Source of the DNA: a virus
Lineage: Duplodnaviria > Caudoviricetes
DNA length: 64,000 bases
Direction: 5' to 3' (one strand)
Virus record (IMG/VR): IMGVR_UViG_3300020202_000072
Location: 1,591-65,590 of that record
In this document: positions 44,540 through 54,223 of the stretch, in pieces
Layout of the letters: each line of letters opens with the position of its first letter
Position numbering within the stretch: position 1 is the stretch's first letter
Program-made: the position numbers and the translations under genes
The notes under the pieces: generated by a model
Databases searched by the model: none
What the model was told of the DNA's origin: nothing
What the model saw: only the letters and a program-made list of their open reading frames with translations

Positions 44540-45925
44540 ATGGTCAACATCACACCGACGACGAGCGTCATTGAGGCTATGCGGAAGCAGTACCTTCAAT
44601 GGCACATCATCCTTGGAGAGTTCATCGACAACGCCTTCGACGCAGGAGCGACGCGCGTCTCGATTGAGTTCGACAAGAACCAGCTCAAGATCACCGACGA
44701 CGGGTCGGGATGTAAAGACCTGGTCCTTATGCTGAAGCCCGGCGCACGCGAGAGTAAGACGACGACGATCCTGGGCAGGTACGGCATCGGGGCCAAGGAC
44801 GCCGCGATCTCCGCGGCCGATGCCATCGCGATCAACTCCATTCACAAGGGCAAGCAGCGATTCATTCAGTGCGACTGGCGGCGTGTCGAGCGGAGCGGCA
44901 TTTGGGAGATCGACGACCCTGTCGAGACCGAAACCGACAAGGCCAGCGGGACAACCATTTCGCTGATGCAGTTGCGAAGCGACCGGCTTAAGAAGCCGGA
45001 CCAGCTCGTCGAGCGACTGAGCTTTCAGTACACGCCCGCGATTAAGCAGGGCCGCCAGATCATCTTGAAGACCAGTAAGCAGGCGGCCGCGATCCCCATT
45101 CCTGAGTTCCTGATTCCAGTCCTGGAGCACCAGAAGGAAGCGGACATAGACCTTGGCGACAAAGTTGCCCGCGTGGTGATGGGCCTCATCCCCGAGGGGA
45201 GCAAGTTCCAAGAGCGAGGCCTGATGATCTCCTACGGCTACCGTGTGGTCAGTAAGGGGCAGACCATTGGGCTCGGATCGGAGCCGACGCCGGGCTTGTT
45301 CGGGCGAATCGAACTCGGCAAGGGCTGGGACCTCACGAAGAACAAGGACAAGGTCGACTCGGACGTCGAAGCGCTTGCCGACGAAATCTACCGCGTCTTC
45401 CGCGACGTGATTGACCGCGCGTCGAAGCGGTCGCAAGCCGTCCACTTCGGCAGTGTGACGAAAGAGATCAACCAGATTCTGAAGGAGTTCACGCAGGGCG
45501 ACGACACCGCCAAGGCCAAGCGTGGTTCCAAGCGAGCCGAGTCGGGTTCAATCCTGCCGCGAAATACGGACCGAAAGCATAGGCAGGCCGCCCGTACTCA
45601 GCCCGGAGACTCCTTTCGCGCACCCAACGGCGCGTCTCGCGGATTGTCGATCTCCTTTGAGCATCTTGGCGAGAGCGGCCCTGCCTGTCGTTGCGACGGC
45701 AATGCCATTTATTTGAACGTGGACATACCTGCAATCAAGGTGGATTCGAGCGACCCACGGGCGCTATCAAGGCATGCCATCTATGCCGCCTCGACCTACT
45801 TCGCCATCGCACAACCTGAGCTGTTTCCAGACTTTGAAGGATCGTTTGCGAAGGCCGTTCACTGCGCTGGGCACCTGCTGTCCCGCTTGAACCAGCCGGG
45901 CATCGCCCTGGCAAACGTCGGATAG
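44540..45925 (+). CDS. GHKL (MORC/HATPase_c_3-like) ATPase
   Basis: EFIDNAFDA (N box), I.DDGSG (G1), GRYGIGAK (G2), GTTI (G3). Confidence 0.85.
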   Translation: MVNITPTTSVIEAMRKQYLQWHIILGEFIDNAFDAGATRVSIEFDKNQLKITDDGSGCKDLVLMLKPGARESKTTTILGRYGIGAKDAAISAADAIAINSIHKGKQRFIQCDWRRVERSGIWEIDDPVETETDKASGTTISLMQLRSDRLKKPDQLVERLSFQYTPAIKQGRQIILKTSKQAAAIPIPEFLIPVLEHQKEADIDLGDKVARVVMGLIPEGSKFQERGLMISYGYRVVSKGQTIGLGSEPTPGLFGRIELGKGWDLTKNKDKVDSDVEALADEIYRVFRDVIDRASKRSQAVHFGSVTKEINQILKEFTQGDDTAKAKRGSKRAESGSILPRNTDRKHRQAARTQPGDSFRAPNGASRGLSISFEHLGESGPACRCDGNAIYLNVDIPAIKVDSSDPRALSRHAIYAASTYFAIAQPELFPDFEGSFAKAVHCAGHLLSRLNQPGIALANVG

Positions 45926-45954
45926 GAGCGAGCCCACAAGGGAGGAACCCCGCC

Positions 45955-46275
45955 ATGAACTTGAGCCAGCCGCACCTACTCCTCCTCGCCCTATGGCGTC
46001 TGGAGGAGCGGCAGCCCGGGCCGAAGCAGGTCTCGGAGCTGGTTGTTGAAGCGTGGAAGGAAGGCAAGGGCACCTGGGGTCTCGACGGCTTCGAGGGCCT
46101 GCACCCGAACTCGAACCGCGTCATCGCGTGCCTGTCGCACCGCGGCGGCCCGGTGAAGGCGGGATGGATGGAACGGCCGTGGCCCGGATGCACCGTGGTG
46201 CAACTGACGAAGGCGGGCCGGGCGGAAGTGAAGCGGATCCTGGGACAGCAAGAGCAGCAGAGGAAGGGGGCTTGA
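45955..46275 (+). CDS. Winged-helix-like hypothetical protein
   Basis: GGAGG RBS; ELVV.AW......GL.G....HP.S.RV, LT..G. Confidence 0.55.
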   Translation: MNLSQPHLLLLALWRLEERQPGPKQVSELVVEAWKEGKGTWGLDGFEGLHPNSNRVIACLSHRGGPVKAGWMERPWPGCTVVQLTKAGRAEVKRILGQQEQQRKGA

Positions 46276-46277
46276 AC

Positions 46278-46733
46278 GTGGCCAAGTTAATGACTGTCGA
46301 CGACCTGAAACAGATCGTGCTCGACCGCGGGGCAGAGTTCGCCGTCGTGATGCTCTACTTCCACGACGAGCGCCTCCCGATGCAGTACGTGACCTACGGC
46401 ACGCACCCGGCGGCCAAGGTCTGCGCGTCCGACTTGTCCGAAGAGATCTCCGCCTGGATCGACCGAGGCGAGTGCAAGTCCATCAGTCCCGCGACCGGGC
46501 CGGCGCAGGTCAACGAGTCGTTCAAGCTCGACGCCGCAAAGAACAAGGCCGAGAACGAGCGGCTCCGGAAGTCCAACGCCGACTTGCTCACCGTCGTCTG
46601 CATGATCCGCGAAGCCGCTGGCGTCGCGAAGTCGGAGGAACGGTTCGGCGAAATGGTGACCGAGATCATGCCGTTGCTGCTCGCCGCCATCAAGCAGGGC
46701 GAGGCGGCGGAAGCCAAACCAACTGGAGTCTGA
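46278..46733 (+). CDS. Hypothetical protein
   Basis: ORF in the operon. Confidence 0.5.
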   Translation: MAKLMTVDDLKQIVLDRGAEFAVVMLYFHDERLPMQYVTYGTHPAAKVCASDLSEEISAWIDRGECKSISPATGPAQVNESFKLDAAKNKAENERLRKSNADLLTVVCMIREAAGVAKSEERFGEMVTEIMPLLLAAIKQGEAAEAKPTGV

Positions 46734-46735
46734 AC

Positions 46736-46963
46736 ATGGAACCGATCAACACCGGCGGACCTGCTTTCCCGACGATCGACTTCAGCGAGTCCGGTCACCC
46801 GTACAGCGACCGGTCGGGCATGACGCTCCGCGACTACTTCGCCGCGGCCGCCTTGCAGGGCCAGCTTTCGGATCCGACCGTCCGGCCCACCGACAACAAG
46901 AAGTTTGCCGAAAACTGCTACGCATGGGCCGACGCCATGCTCGCCGCACGGGAGGCCAAGTGA
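46736..46963 (+). CDS. Conserved phage protein (GMTLRDYFAA family)
   Basis: GGPAFP...GMTLRDYFAAAALQG...Y..ADAML.AR. Confidence 0.8.
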   Translation: MEPINTGGPAFPTIDFSESGHPYSDRSGMTLRDYFAAAALQGQLSDPTVRPTDNKKFAENCYAWADAMLAAREAK

Positions 46964-47277
46964 TGGCCATCTCCAATCCGCCGCCGCTGAGCAAGGACTG
47001 GACCATCGCGGAGCGCTGCGCTTACGCCGCGTGGTGCGCACAGATCACGATGGAGCGGATCGACCGCGACGACCCGACTGTCCCCGTCGTCTCGAAGGCG
47101 GCGTCCCGCTGGATGATGCACGCCATTCACGCCGTGCTGACCTGGCCGGCCGAGAAGCTCGAAGCGAACCGGGCGGCCCTGGAGAAGCCTCGCGACGACA
47201 GCCGCGACCGCCCCGGCATTCTGCTTCCGACGGCGACGATGGAGCTCCTGAAGCGTGCCTCCGTGGAGGCAAAGTAA
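46963..47277 (+). CDS. Hypothetical protein
   Basis: Coupled to both neighbours. Confidence 0.5.
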   Translation: MAISNPPPLSKDWTIAERCAYAAWCAQITMERIDRDDPTVPVVSKAASRWMMHAIHAVLTWPAEKLEANRAALEKPRDDSRDRPGILLPTATMELLKRASVEAK

Positions 47278-48158
47278 TGTCGACTCGTCTCGACTGGCTC
47301 AAGGAACGGCAGACCGTGATCGGCGGTAGCGACGCCCCGGTCCTGCTCGGCTTTGGCTTCGACGGCCAGACCGCGGCCGACCTGTGGCGGCAGAAGACCG
47401 CCCCCATGATTGAGAACCGTCCGACCGGAGCGCTCCGCCTTGGCATCGAGCTCGAACCGCTGGTCGGCCAGCTCTACGAGGAACAGATGGGAGTGCCGGT
47501 CGACCCGTGCGGGCTCGTCGTCGTGCGGCACCCGCTGCGACCGTGGCAGGGCTGCACCCCCGACTTCCGCCGAGCCGACGGGATGTACATGCAGGCGAAG
47601 ACGGTCGGGTTCTTCTCCGACGAGTGGGGCCCGTCCGGCAGCGACGAGATTCCCGACGGCTACCGGCTGCAGGTCACCCAGGAAATGGCCTGCACCGGCA
47701 CGGACATGATCGACCTGGCCGCCCTCTGCCGCATGAGCGGCGAGCTTCGGGTCTACCGCCTGACCTTCGATCAGGTCCTCTGGGAATGGCTCACTGAGAT
47801 CGAGGCCCGGTTCTGGGAATGCGTCGAGAGGCGGCAACCGCCGCCCGCCGACTGGCACCAGCAACTCGCCGGGTCGATCGACCGCGTCATCGTGCGCGGG
47901 AAGTCGATCGTCCTCGGCGACGACGTCGCGGCGAAGGTCGAACAGCGACGGGCAATCAAAGCGATCAAGGACGAGGCGGATGCGTGGTACGAGCGGCTCG
48001 GCGAAGAGATCAAGGAAGCGATGGGCGACGCCGAAGAGGCGGTCGCCGGCGGCTTCAAGTTGAAGCAGACCCACGTCAAGGAGTCGACGTTCACGACGAC
48101 GCGGAAGAGTTACAGCTACGTCAAGGCAACACCAATCAAAGAGAGGATCGGTCGATGA
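47277..48158 (+). CDS. YqaJ-like viral recombinase exonuclease
   Basis: WL..R...IGGSD, G..LEP, TPD, QAKT, IP..Y..Q. Confidence 0.9.
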   Translation: MSTRLDWLKERQTVIGGSDAPVLLGFGFDGQTAADLWRQKTAPMIENRPTGALRLGIELEPLVGQLYEEQMGVPVDPCGLVVVRHPLRPWQGCTPDFRRADGMYMQAKTVGFFSDEWGPSGSDEIPDGYRLQVTQEMACTGTDMIDLAALCRMSGELRVYRLTFDQVLWEWLTEIEARFWECVERRQPPPADWHQQLAGSIDRVIVRGKSIVLGDDVAAKVEQRRAIKAIKDEADAWYERLGEEIKEAMGDAEEAVAGGFKLKQTHVKESTFTTTRKSYSYVKATPIKERIGR

Positions 48159-49225
48159 GCACCACGAAAACCAAACCCAATCTCGCCCAAGGTGGATCGG
48201 GGACACCACCTCCGAAGGAACAGAACGGCACGGTCGCGAAGCGCGAGCTCGACTGGGTCAAGCCCACGAACAAGAGCGGCCTGGAATCGTTCGTCCCGCA
48301 AGTTCGGGCTCAACTCGACCGGGCTTTGCCGCGGTTCCTCGCCGGCCAGTCCGACCGGCTCATCCGCTGCATGATCACCGAGACCAGCAAGAACCCCAGC
48401 CTCCTGGAATGCACGCCCGTCAGTTTGTTCGGGGCCGTGATCCAGGCAGGGCAACTGGGCTTCACGATCGGCGGGCCGCTCGGCGAGGCGTACCTCCTTC
48501 CCTTCAAGAACGGCAAGCTCTCGAAGCAGTTCGGGCGCGACGTCCGGGAAGTGCAACTCTGTGTCGGCTACAAGGGCTACATCCAGCTCGGTCACCGTTC
48601 CAACGCCATCCGCCGAATCACGCCGGTTGCCGTTCGCCAGGGCGACCAGTTCGTTTTCAGCCGCGGGCTTGAGAACAAGCTCGAGCACGTTCCGTTGCGG
48701 AACAACCGCAACCGCGTCACCGACTACTACGTGGTGATCGAGCTGATGAACGGAGGTAAGGATTTCGAGGCCTTCACTTTCGAGGACGCCCTCCTCTGGC
48801 GCGACACCTACAGCACGGTCCGAAGTGCCCCGGACTTCGTCAAGGCGAACTCCCCCTGGTACCAGCTCCTGCAGGACGGCTCATCCACCCACGGCTTCGA
48901 CGCGATGGCGCTGAAGACGCTGATCCGCCAACTCGGGAAGCGGATGCCCCTGTCCGTCGAGTGGAACATGGCGGTCAACCTCGACGACATGGCGGAGCAC
49001 GGAATCGAGCAGAACCTGGGCACCGTGATGATGACGGACGCCGAAGCCCCGGCCGCCCCCGAACCGCCAGAGAAGGAACTGGCGGGTCGCCTCGAACAGG
49101 CGAAGAACGGCTCGGCGCCGAAGGGGCAGGCAGGCGACCCCGATGCGGACCCATTCGAGACCGGAGAAGCGCAGGGCTCGGGCAACATGTTCGACGGCGG
49201 CGACCCGCGCGACAACCAGAAGTAA
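48155..49225 (+). CDS. recT: RecT family recombinase
   Basis: L.ECT..S..GA....QLG...LGEAYLLPF, GYKGYI.L..RS, MALKT.IR.L.K.MPLS.E. Confidence 0.92.
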   Translation: MSTTKTKPNLAQGGSGTPPPKEQNGTVAKRELDWVKPTNKSGLESFVPQVRAQLDRALPRFLAGQSDRLIRCMITETSKNPSLLECTPVSLFGAVIQAGQLGFTIGGPLGEAYLLPFKNGKLSKQFGRDVREVQLCVGYKGYIQLGHRSNAIRRITPVAVRQGDQFVFSRGLENKLEHVPLRNNRNRVTDYYVVIELMNGGKDFEAFTFEDALLWRDTYSTVRSAPDFVKANSPWYQLLQDGSSTHGFDAMALKTLIRQLGKRMPLSVEWNMAVNLDDMAEHGIEQNLGTVMMTDAEAPAAPEPPEKELAGRLEQAKNGSAPKGQAGDPDADPFETGEAQGSGNMFDGGDPRDNQK

Positions 49226-49358
49226 TCGCGAGCAACCGTCCGGGCGTCCGGCCTGAGAAACCGGGAGTGCGGCGTCCTGACCGCCGAGGCGACGGGTGCT
49301 CCTGGAAGGCACCCGGAGCCGAGCCGGACGGCGAGACACGAACGAGCAAGGGACACCG

Positions 49359-49613
49359 ATGAGCCAGGCGGCAAAGCACGTGTGCGACGAGGCGATGGAA
49401 CAACTCCGGGCCGTCGAGCGGCACCTGGCGGTCTTGCGGAAGGACTGCGGCCAGATCGCCTACTGGGGCAAGGGGCCGTCGGACCTGGACCGCGACGCCT
49501 GCCGCGTCGTCGAAGCGGGCTGTTACTCGATGCTGAGCACGCTCCGCCAATGGGAGTCGCTCCTGGCGGGCGTCGCGGTTTCACTGAGCAAGGAACAGGA
49601 GAGCCCAAAGTGA
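49359..49613 (+). CDS. Hypothetical protein
   Basis: ORF coupled to the methylase gene. Confidence 0.5.
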   Translation: MSQAAKHVCDEAMEQLRAVERHLAVLRKDCGQIAYWGKGPSDLDRDACRVVEAGCYSMLSTLRQWESLLAGVAVSLSKEQESPK

Positions 49614-51583
49614 TTGACGGAGAGATCATCGTCGACAGCTTCGCCGGCGGCGGCGGGGCATCGCTCGGCATCAAGCGTGCGCTCGGCCGCGGGCCGGACG
49701 TGGCGATCAACCACGACGCGGCCGCGATTGCGATGCACGCAGCCAACCACCCGGAGACCGTCCACTTCACGGAAGACGTGTGGAAGGTCAGCCCCCGGAA
49801 GGTCACTCGCGGCCGTCGCGTCGGCCTGTTGTGGGCCTCGCCCGACTGCAAGCACTTCTCGCGGGCGAAGGGCTCGAAGCCCGTCGAGAAGAACATCCGC
49901 TCGCTCGCCTGGGTGGTTGTCCGCTGGGCCGAGCAGTGCGAGCCGCGGGTGATCGTCCTGGAAAACGTCCGGGAGTTCGAGGAGTGGGGCCCGCTCCTGC
50001 CGCTCTGGACCTGCAGCGCCTGCGGCTGGAAGGGGACCGAGGGCCAGGCGACGCTCGTCCGCCACTCCCGCCGCCGCTGCCCACGGTGCGAGTCGAAGGG
50101 CATCCGCCAGACCGAACACCAGGTCCCCGACCCCGCCCGCAAGGGCCTGACCTTCCGGCGATTCGTCGGCCGGTTGAAGAACCTTGGCTACCAGGTGCAG
50201 TGGAAGGTGCTGAACGCCGCGGACTTCGGGGCCCCGACCCACCGACGCCGGCTGTTCCTGATCGCCCGCAACGACGGTGCGGAGATCTGCTGGCCGGAGC
50301 CCACGCACGGCGACCCGAAGAAGATCGCGGCGAGCGAGACGGACCTGTTCCCCTCGGCGCTCAAGCCGTGGCGGACGGCGGCTGAGATCATCGATTGGTC
50401 GATCCCGTGCCCGTCGATCTTCGAGCGGAAGCGGCCGCTGAAGCCGAACACGCTGCGGCGGATTGCGATGGGCATCAAGCGGTACGTGCTGGACAACCCG
50501 CGGCCGTTCATCGTCCGGCTGGCCAACACCGGCGACGACGCCAGCCGGTCTCACACGCTGGACGAGCCACTCCGCACGATTCACGGTGGAGGGGGGAGCC
50601 ATGCGGTCGTTGCCCCGATCCTCGCCCACGCGACCCACCAGGGCGAACGCCGCTCGCACACGCCCGACGAGCCGCTGCCGACCGTGACCGGGGCCAACCG
50701 CGGCGAGATTGCTGTCGTCGCCCCTTACCTCGTTCGCGGCTGTCAGACGGGCGGGAACGGGAAGTACACGAACGGGACGGACGAGCCGCTCACGTCGGTG
50801 GTCAGCAAGGCGGAGCACATGCTCATCGCCCCGACCCTGATCCAGACCGGTTACGGCGAGCGGCCGGACTACTTCACGCACGTCTGCGAGACGGAGGCAG
50901 GAGACATAGTCCGCGAATCGACGTCCGGGCGCCGCTGCAAAGTCTGCGGCGTCAAGCCGACGAAGAGGGAAGGCCAGGCCCCCCGCACGCTGAACATCGA
51001 GGCCCCGATGGGCACCGTCGTCGCCGGCGGGTGCAAGCAGGCCCTGGTAGCCGCCTTCATCGCCAAGCATTACGGCGGATGGGAAAACCGGAGCGGCGTT
51101 CCAGCAGACGTGCCGCTGCCAACCACGACGGCCAGCGGCGGCCAGAACCAGCTTGTCGCCGCCAACCTGATCCACCTGAACAACAACACGCGGCCGACGT
51201 GCCCAGGCTCGCCGCTCCACACGGTCACCGGCGGGGGCAACCACGCGGCCCTGGTCTACAGCTTCCTGACTAAATACTTCGGCCGGGCCGTCGGCCAGGT
51301 CCTCGACGAGCCGCTGCACACCGTCACGAGCAAAGACCACTTCGGCGTTATCACGGTCACCGTTGACGGCGAGCCCTACGTCATCGCCGACATCGGCATG
51401 CGGATGCTCACTCCCCGCGAGCTCGCGAAGGGGCAGGGCTTCGACGACGACTACATCCTCACCGGATCGAACACGAGCCAGGTCGCCCGGATCGGCAACA
51501 GTGTGGCCCCGGACGTGGCCGAGGCGATCGTGCGGGCGAACTGTGGAGCGGAAGTTGAGACCTACTCAGGAGCTTCCCGATGA
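49610..51583 (+). CDS. DNA (cytosine-5) methyltransferase
   Basis: FAGGGG, SPDC, ENV, A.DFGAPT.R.R, RML.PREL...QGF, IGNSV. Confidence 0.95.
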   Translation: MIDGEIIVDSFAGGGGASLGIKRALGRGPDVAINHDAAAIAMHAANHPETVHFTEDVWKVSPRKVTRGRRVGLLWASPDCKHFSRAKGSKPVEKNIRSLAWVVVRWAEQCEPRVIVLENVREFEEWGPLLPLWTCSACGWKGTEGQATLVRHSRRRCPRCESKGIRQTEHQVPDPARKGLTFRRFVGRLKNLGYQVQWKVLNAADFGAPTHRRRLFLIARNDGAEICWPEPTHGDPKKIAASETDLFPSALKPWRTAAEIIDWSIPCPSIFERKRPLKPNTLRRIAMGIKRYVLDNPRPFIVRLANTGDDASRSHTLDEPLRTIHGGGGSHAVVAPILAHATHQGERRSHTPDEPLPTVTGANRGEIAVVAPYLVRGCQTGGNGKYTNGTDEPLTSVVSKAEHMLIAPTLIQTGYGERPDYFTHVCETEAGDIVRESTSGRRCKVCGVKPTKREGQAPRTLNIEAPMGTVVAGGCKQALVAAFIAKHYGGWENRSGVPADVPLPTTTASGGQNQLVAANLIHLNNNTRPTCPGSPLHTVTGGGNHAALVYSFLTKYFGRAVGQVLDEPLHTVTSKDHFGVITVTVDGEPYVIADIGMRMLTPRELAKGQGFDDDYILTGSNTSQVARIGNSVAPDVAEAIVRANCGAEVETYSGASR

Positions 51584-52155
51584 ACAGCCCCGTCTTCGGC
51601 TGCTACCGGAACACCATCCGCGTCCGCTCCGGCGGCTACTTCGACATCGCCGACCCCCGGCCCGGCCAGTTCACCTTCGCGGACGTGGCCGGTGCCCTGT
51701 CCAAGATCTGCCGCTTCGGCGGGCAGATCGACCGGTTCTACTCCGTGGCCGAACACCTCTGGCACTGTGCGGAGCAGGCGGCCCGCGACGGCCTCTCGGG
51801 CGAGGCCCAGCGGGCGGTGCTCTTGCACGACGCGGCGGAGGCATTCATCGGCGACGTGGTGAAGCCGTTGAAAGTGATGCTGCCGGAGTACGCGGCGATC
51901 GAGCAGAAGGTCGAGGACTGCATCGCACTCAAGTTCGGCGTCAGCTTCCGGCTGTGGCAGGAGGAGATTCGGAAGGTCGACCGCGAGCTCTTGATCGCCG
52001 AGCGTCACGGACTGTTCACCGCCGACGACGTGAAGTGGACGGGCGAGGACGAAGTGAGGCGGCTGAAGATCGACTTCTACCGGTGGAGCCCGCCGGTCGC
52101 GGAGGAGTTCTTCACGAATGCGGCCCGGAACCTTGGCATCGACGTGAAGCGGTGA
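51580..52155 (+). CDS. HD-domain 5'-deoxynucleotidase-like protein (YfdR family)
   Basis: ALS..CRFGG....FYSVAEH, LLHDA.EA..GD...PLK. Confidence 0.9.
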   Translation: MNSPVFGCYRNTIRVRSGGYFDIADPRPGQFTFADVAGALSKICRFGGQIDRFYSVAEHLWHCAEQAARDGLSGEAQRAVLLHDAAEAFIGDVVKPLKVMLPEYAAIEQKVEDCIALKFGVSFRLWQEEIRKVDRELLIAERHGLFTADDVKWTGEDEVRRLKIDFYRWSPPVAEEFFTNAARNLGIDVKR

Positions 52156-52319
52156 GGTTTCCCTACTTCTTCGCCTGGAAGCGCGGCCCCGTCTGGTCCG
52201 GCCTCTACCGCCGGCCCTGCCGGGTGATCGCGAGGGGAAGCCTCAATAGTGCCCTGGTGGAGTTCGAGGACGGGCGGAAGTTCATCATCAGTCGGAACGC
52301 GTTGCGGAGGCGGAAGTGA
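52152..52319 (+). CDS. Small conserved phage protein
   Basis: C.VIARG..NS.LVEFEDG...I.SRNALRR. Confidence 0.6.
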   Translation: MRFPYFFAWKRGPVWSGLYRRPCRVIARGSLNSALVEFEDGRKFIISRNALRRRK

Positions 52320-52459
52320 TGGGCGACGAACCTTGTATGTGCGGCCACGCTCCCGAGGAGCACGGCGGCGACCCGAAGCATCCCGGCTCGACTGCTTGTA
52401 CCGCGGAAGGCTGTCCCTGCATTTGCTACGAGGCGGACGAAGTCGACGAGGAGGACTGA
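52319..52459 (+). CDS. Tiny Cys/His-rich protein
   Basis: MGDEPCMCGH...H...C...GCPC..Y; TGATG coupling. Confidence 0.5.
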   Translation: MGDEPCMCGHAPEEHGGDPKHPGSTACTAEGCPCICYEADEVDEED

Positions 52460-52599
52460 CCAGTGAGCCCATCCGACCAGGCCTACGAACGCATCACGAC
52501 GGAGATCGCCCGCGAGTGCGAGCGGCTGTCGCCGGCGGAGCGGACCGCGTTGTTGCGGTCGCTGGAGGAGTGGGTCGTCAACGAGCTGGGGGAGTGACC

Positions 52600-52896
52600 A
52601 TGCAAGCCCCGATCGGCCTGCCGGCCTACGAGCTCCGCGTGAAGGACCTCGACCCGAAGCATCACGACGAGCCCTACGGCCTGTTCGTGGGCGTCGCCGG
52701 GTCCGGCCAGGTCTGCCAGTTCGCGGCCGGCTCCCGGTCGGATATGCGTGACTTGCGGCAGGCGATCTTGAAGGCGATTCGGTCGAACCGGGAGCCGCTC
52801 GAGGCGTTGGCGAGTGCGCTCGCCAAGGTTGCCCGTGATGTGCAGGCGGGGCAGGGGGCCGAAGTTCAACTGACCGAAGAGGTGAGTCGTGGCTGA
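52600..52896 (+). CDS. Hypothetical protein
   Basis: GGAG RBS; ORF. Confidence 0.45.
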   Translation: MQAPIGLPAYELRVKDLDPKHHDEPYGLFVGVAGSGQVCQFAAGSRSDMRDLRQAILKAIRSNREPLEALASALAKVARDVQAGQGAEVQLTEEVSRG

Positions 52897-54004
52897 GAAC
52901 AGCAAGATCGAGTGGTGCCACCACACTTTCAATCATGTGCGTGGGTGCACGAAGGTTTCGGCCGGTTGCGCCAACTGCTACGCGGAGTCGATGAGCGGGA
53001 GGAATCCAAAGACTCTCGGCGTGTGGGGGCCGAACGGTACGCGAGTCGTCGCGGCCGAAGCGGCTTGGCGCGAGCCGTTGAGGTGGAACAAGGTGGCAAA
53101 GTTGGCCGCAGAACTATACGCGGCGGTCGGCGGAGATCCCTCGCGGCCGGGACGAGTCGAGTGGCAGGGCAGGACGGTCCGCTTCGACGGCCGACCTCGC
53201 GTGTTCTGCGCGTCGATGGCCGACGTGTTCGAGGACTGGACCGGGCTGATGGAGGCGGCAGATGGTGACGTGCTCCACGTCTGTAACGAGTGCGGTGAGT
53301 GGCGAACGATGGCGAAGATGTGTCACGGACCGCTCGCCCACATGCCCCTCACCATGCAGGACGTTCGCGCCCGCCTCTTCCGTCTGATCGACCAGACGCC
53401 GAACCTCGACTGGCTGCTGCTGACGAAGCGGCCGGAGAACATCGAGCGGATGATGCCGCCCTACCGGGACACGCACTGCGACCACAAGCGGTACTCGTGC
53501 GCAGACGTGGGTTGCCGGGGCGGGGTCCGCCCAAACGTCTGGCTCGGCGCCAGCGTCGAGAACCGGAAAGCTGCGGAACGCATCAAGGTTCTTCGCGGCA
53601 TCCCCGCCGCCGTCCGCTTCCTGAGCGTCGAACCTCTTCTCGAGGACCTAGGCACGATTGACCTGACCGGCATCGACTGGGTAATCGTCGGCGGCGAGAG
53701 CGGCCACGGGGCGCGGCCGATGCACCCCGACTGGGCCCGCTCCCTTCGCGACCAGTGCCGGGCCGCCAATGTGGCGTTCTTCTTCAAGCAATGGGGTGAG
53801 TACGCACCGCGAGACGCCGGCGGCTTCTTCTCTGTCAGCGACAAGACGAACCACACGATCGACGAGCTAGGACGCCTCGACACAAAACACGGCGGTGGCC
53901 AGCTCGTTCAGGTCGGCCGCGTCGGCAAGAAAGCCGCCGGCCGGCTCCTCGACGGCCGCGAGTGGAGCGAGTTTCCGGCACAGGCTGCGGAGCCCGCAAC
54001 GTGA
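52889..54004 (+). CDS. DUF5131 / phage Gp37Gp68 family protein
   Basis: SKIEW...TFN...GCTKVS.GC.NCYA, LLTKRP, SVEPLL, WVIVGGESG, FFFKQWG. Confidence 0.95.
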   Translation: MAENSKIEWCHHTFNHVRGCTKVSAGCANCYAESMSGRNPKTLGVWGPNGTRVVAAEAAWREPLRWNKVAKLAAELYAAVGGDPSRPGRVEWQGRTVRFDGRPRVFCASMADVFEDWTGLMEAADGDVLHVCNECGEWRTMAKMCHGPLAHMPLTMQDVRARLFRLIDQTPNLDWLLLTKRPENIERMMPPYRDTHCDHKRYSCADVGCRGGVRPNVWLGASVENRKAAERIKVLRGIPAAVRFLSVEPLLEDLGTIDLTGIDWVIVGGESGHGARPMHPDWARSLRDQCRAANVAFFFKQWGEYAPRDAGGFFSVSDKTNHTIDELGRLDTKHGGGQLVQVGRVGKKAAGRLLDGREWSEFPAQAAEPAT

Positions 54005-54219
54005 AGACCCTGAACCATCCCCGCCGCGCCGTCCGCCCCCACGACGCGCTCAACGACCTGGACGACCGGTGTGCCTGGTGCAACCGGCGGCTCCCGCACG
54101 GGGCGCTTTGCAGCCGCGGCAAGGACCCGGTCAAGGGTCGGACGGTGTACGTGTGCGATAAGTGCCTGACGCCGCCGGCGATGGGCCATTACCCGGTTGA
54201 ACTGACGGTGGAGGATTGA
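54001..54219 (+). CDS. Small Zn-finger protein
   Basis: CAWC...CDKC. Confidence 0.45.
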   Translation: MKTLNHPRRAVRPHDALNDLDDRCAWCNRRLPHGALCSRGKDPVKGRTVYVCDKCLTPPAMGHYPVELTVED

Positions 54220-54223
54220 AGCG

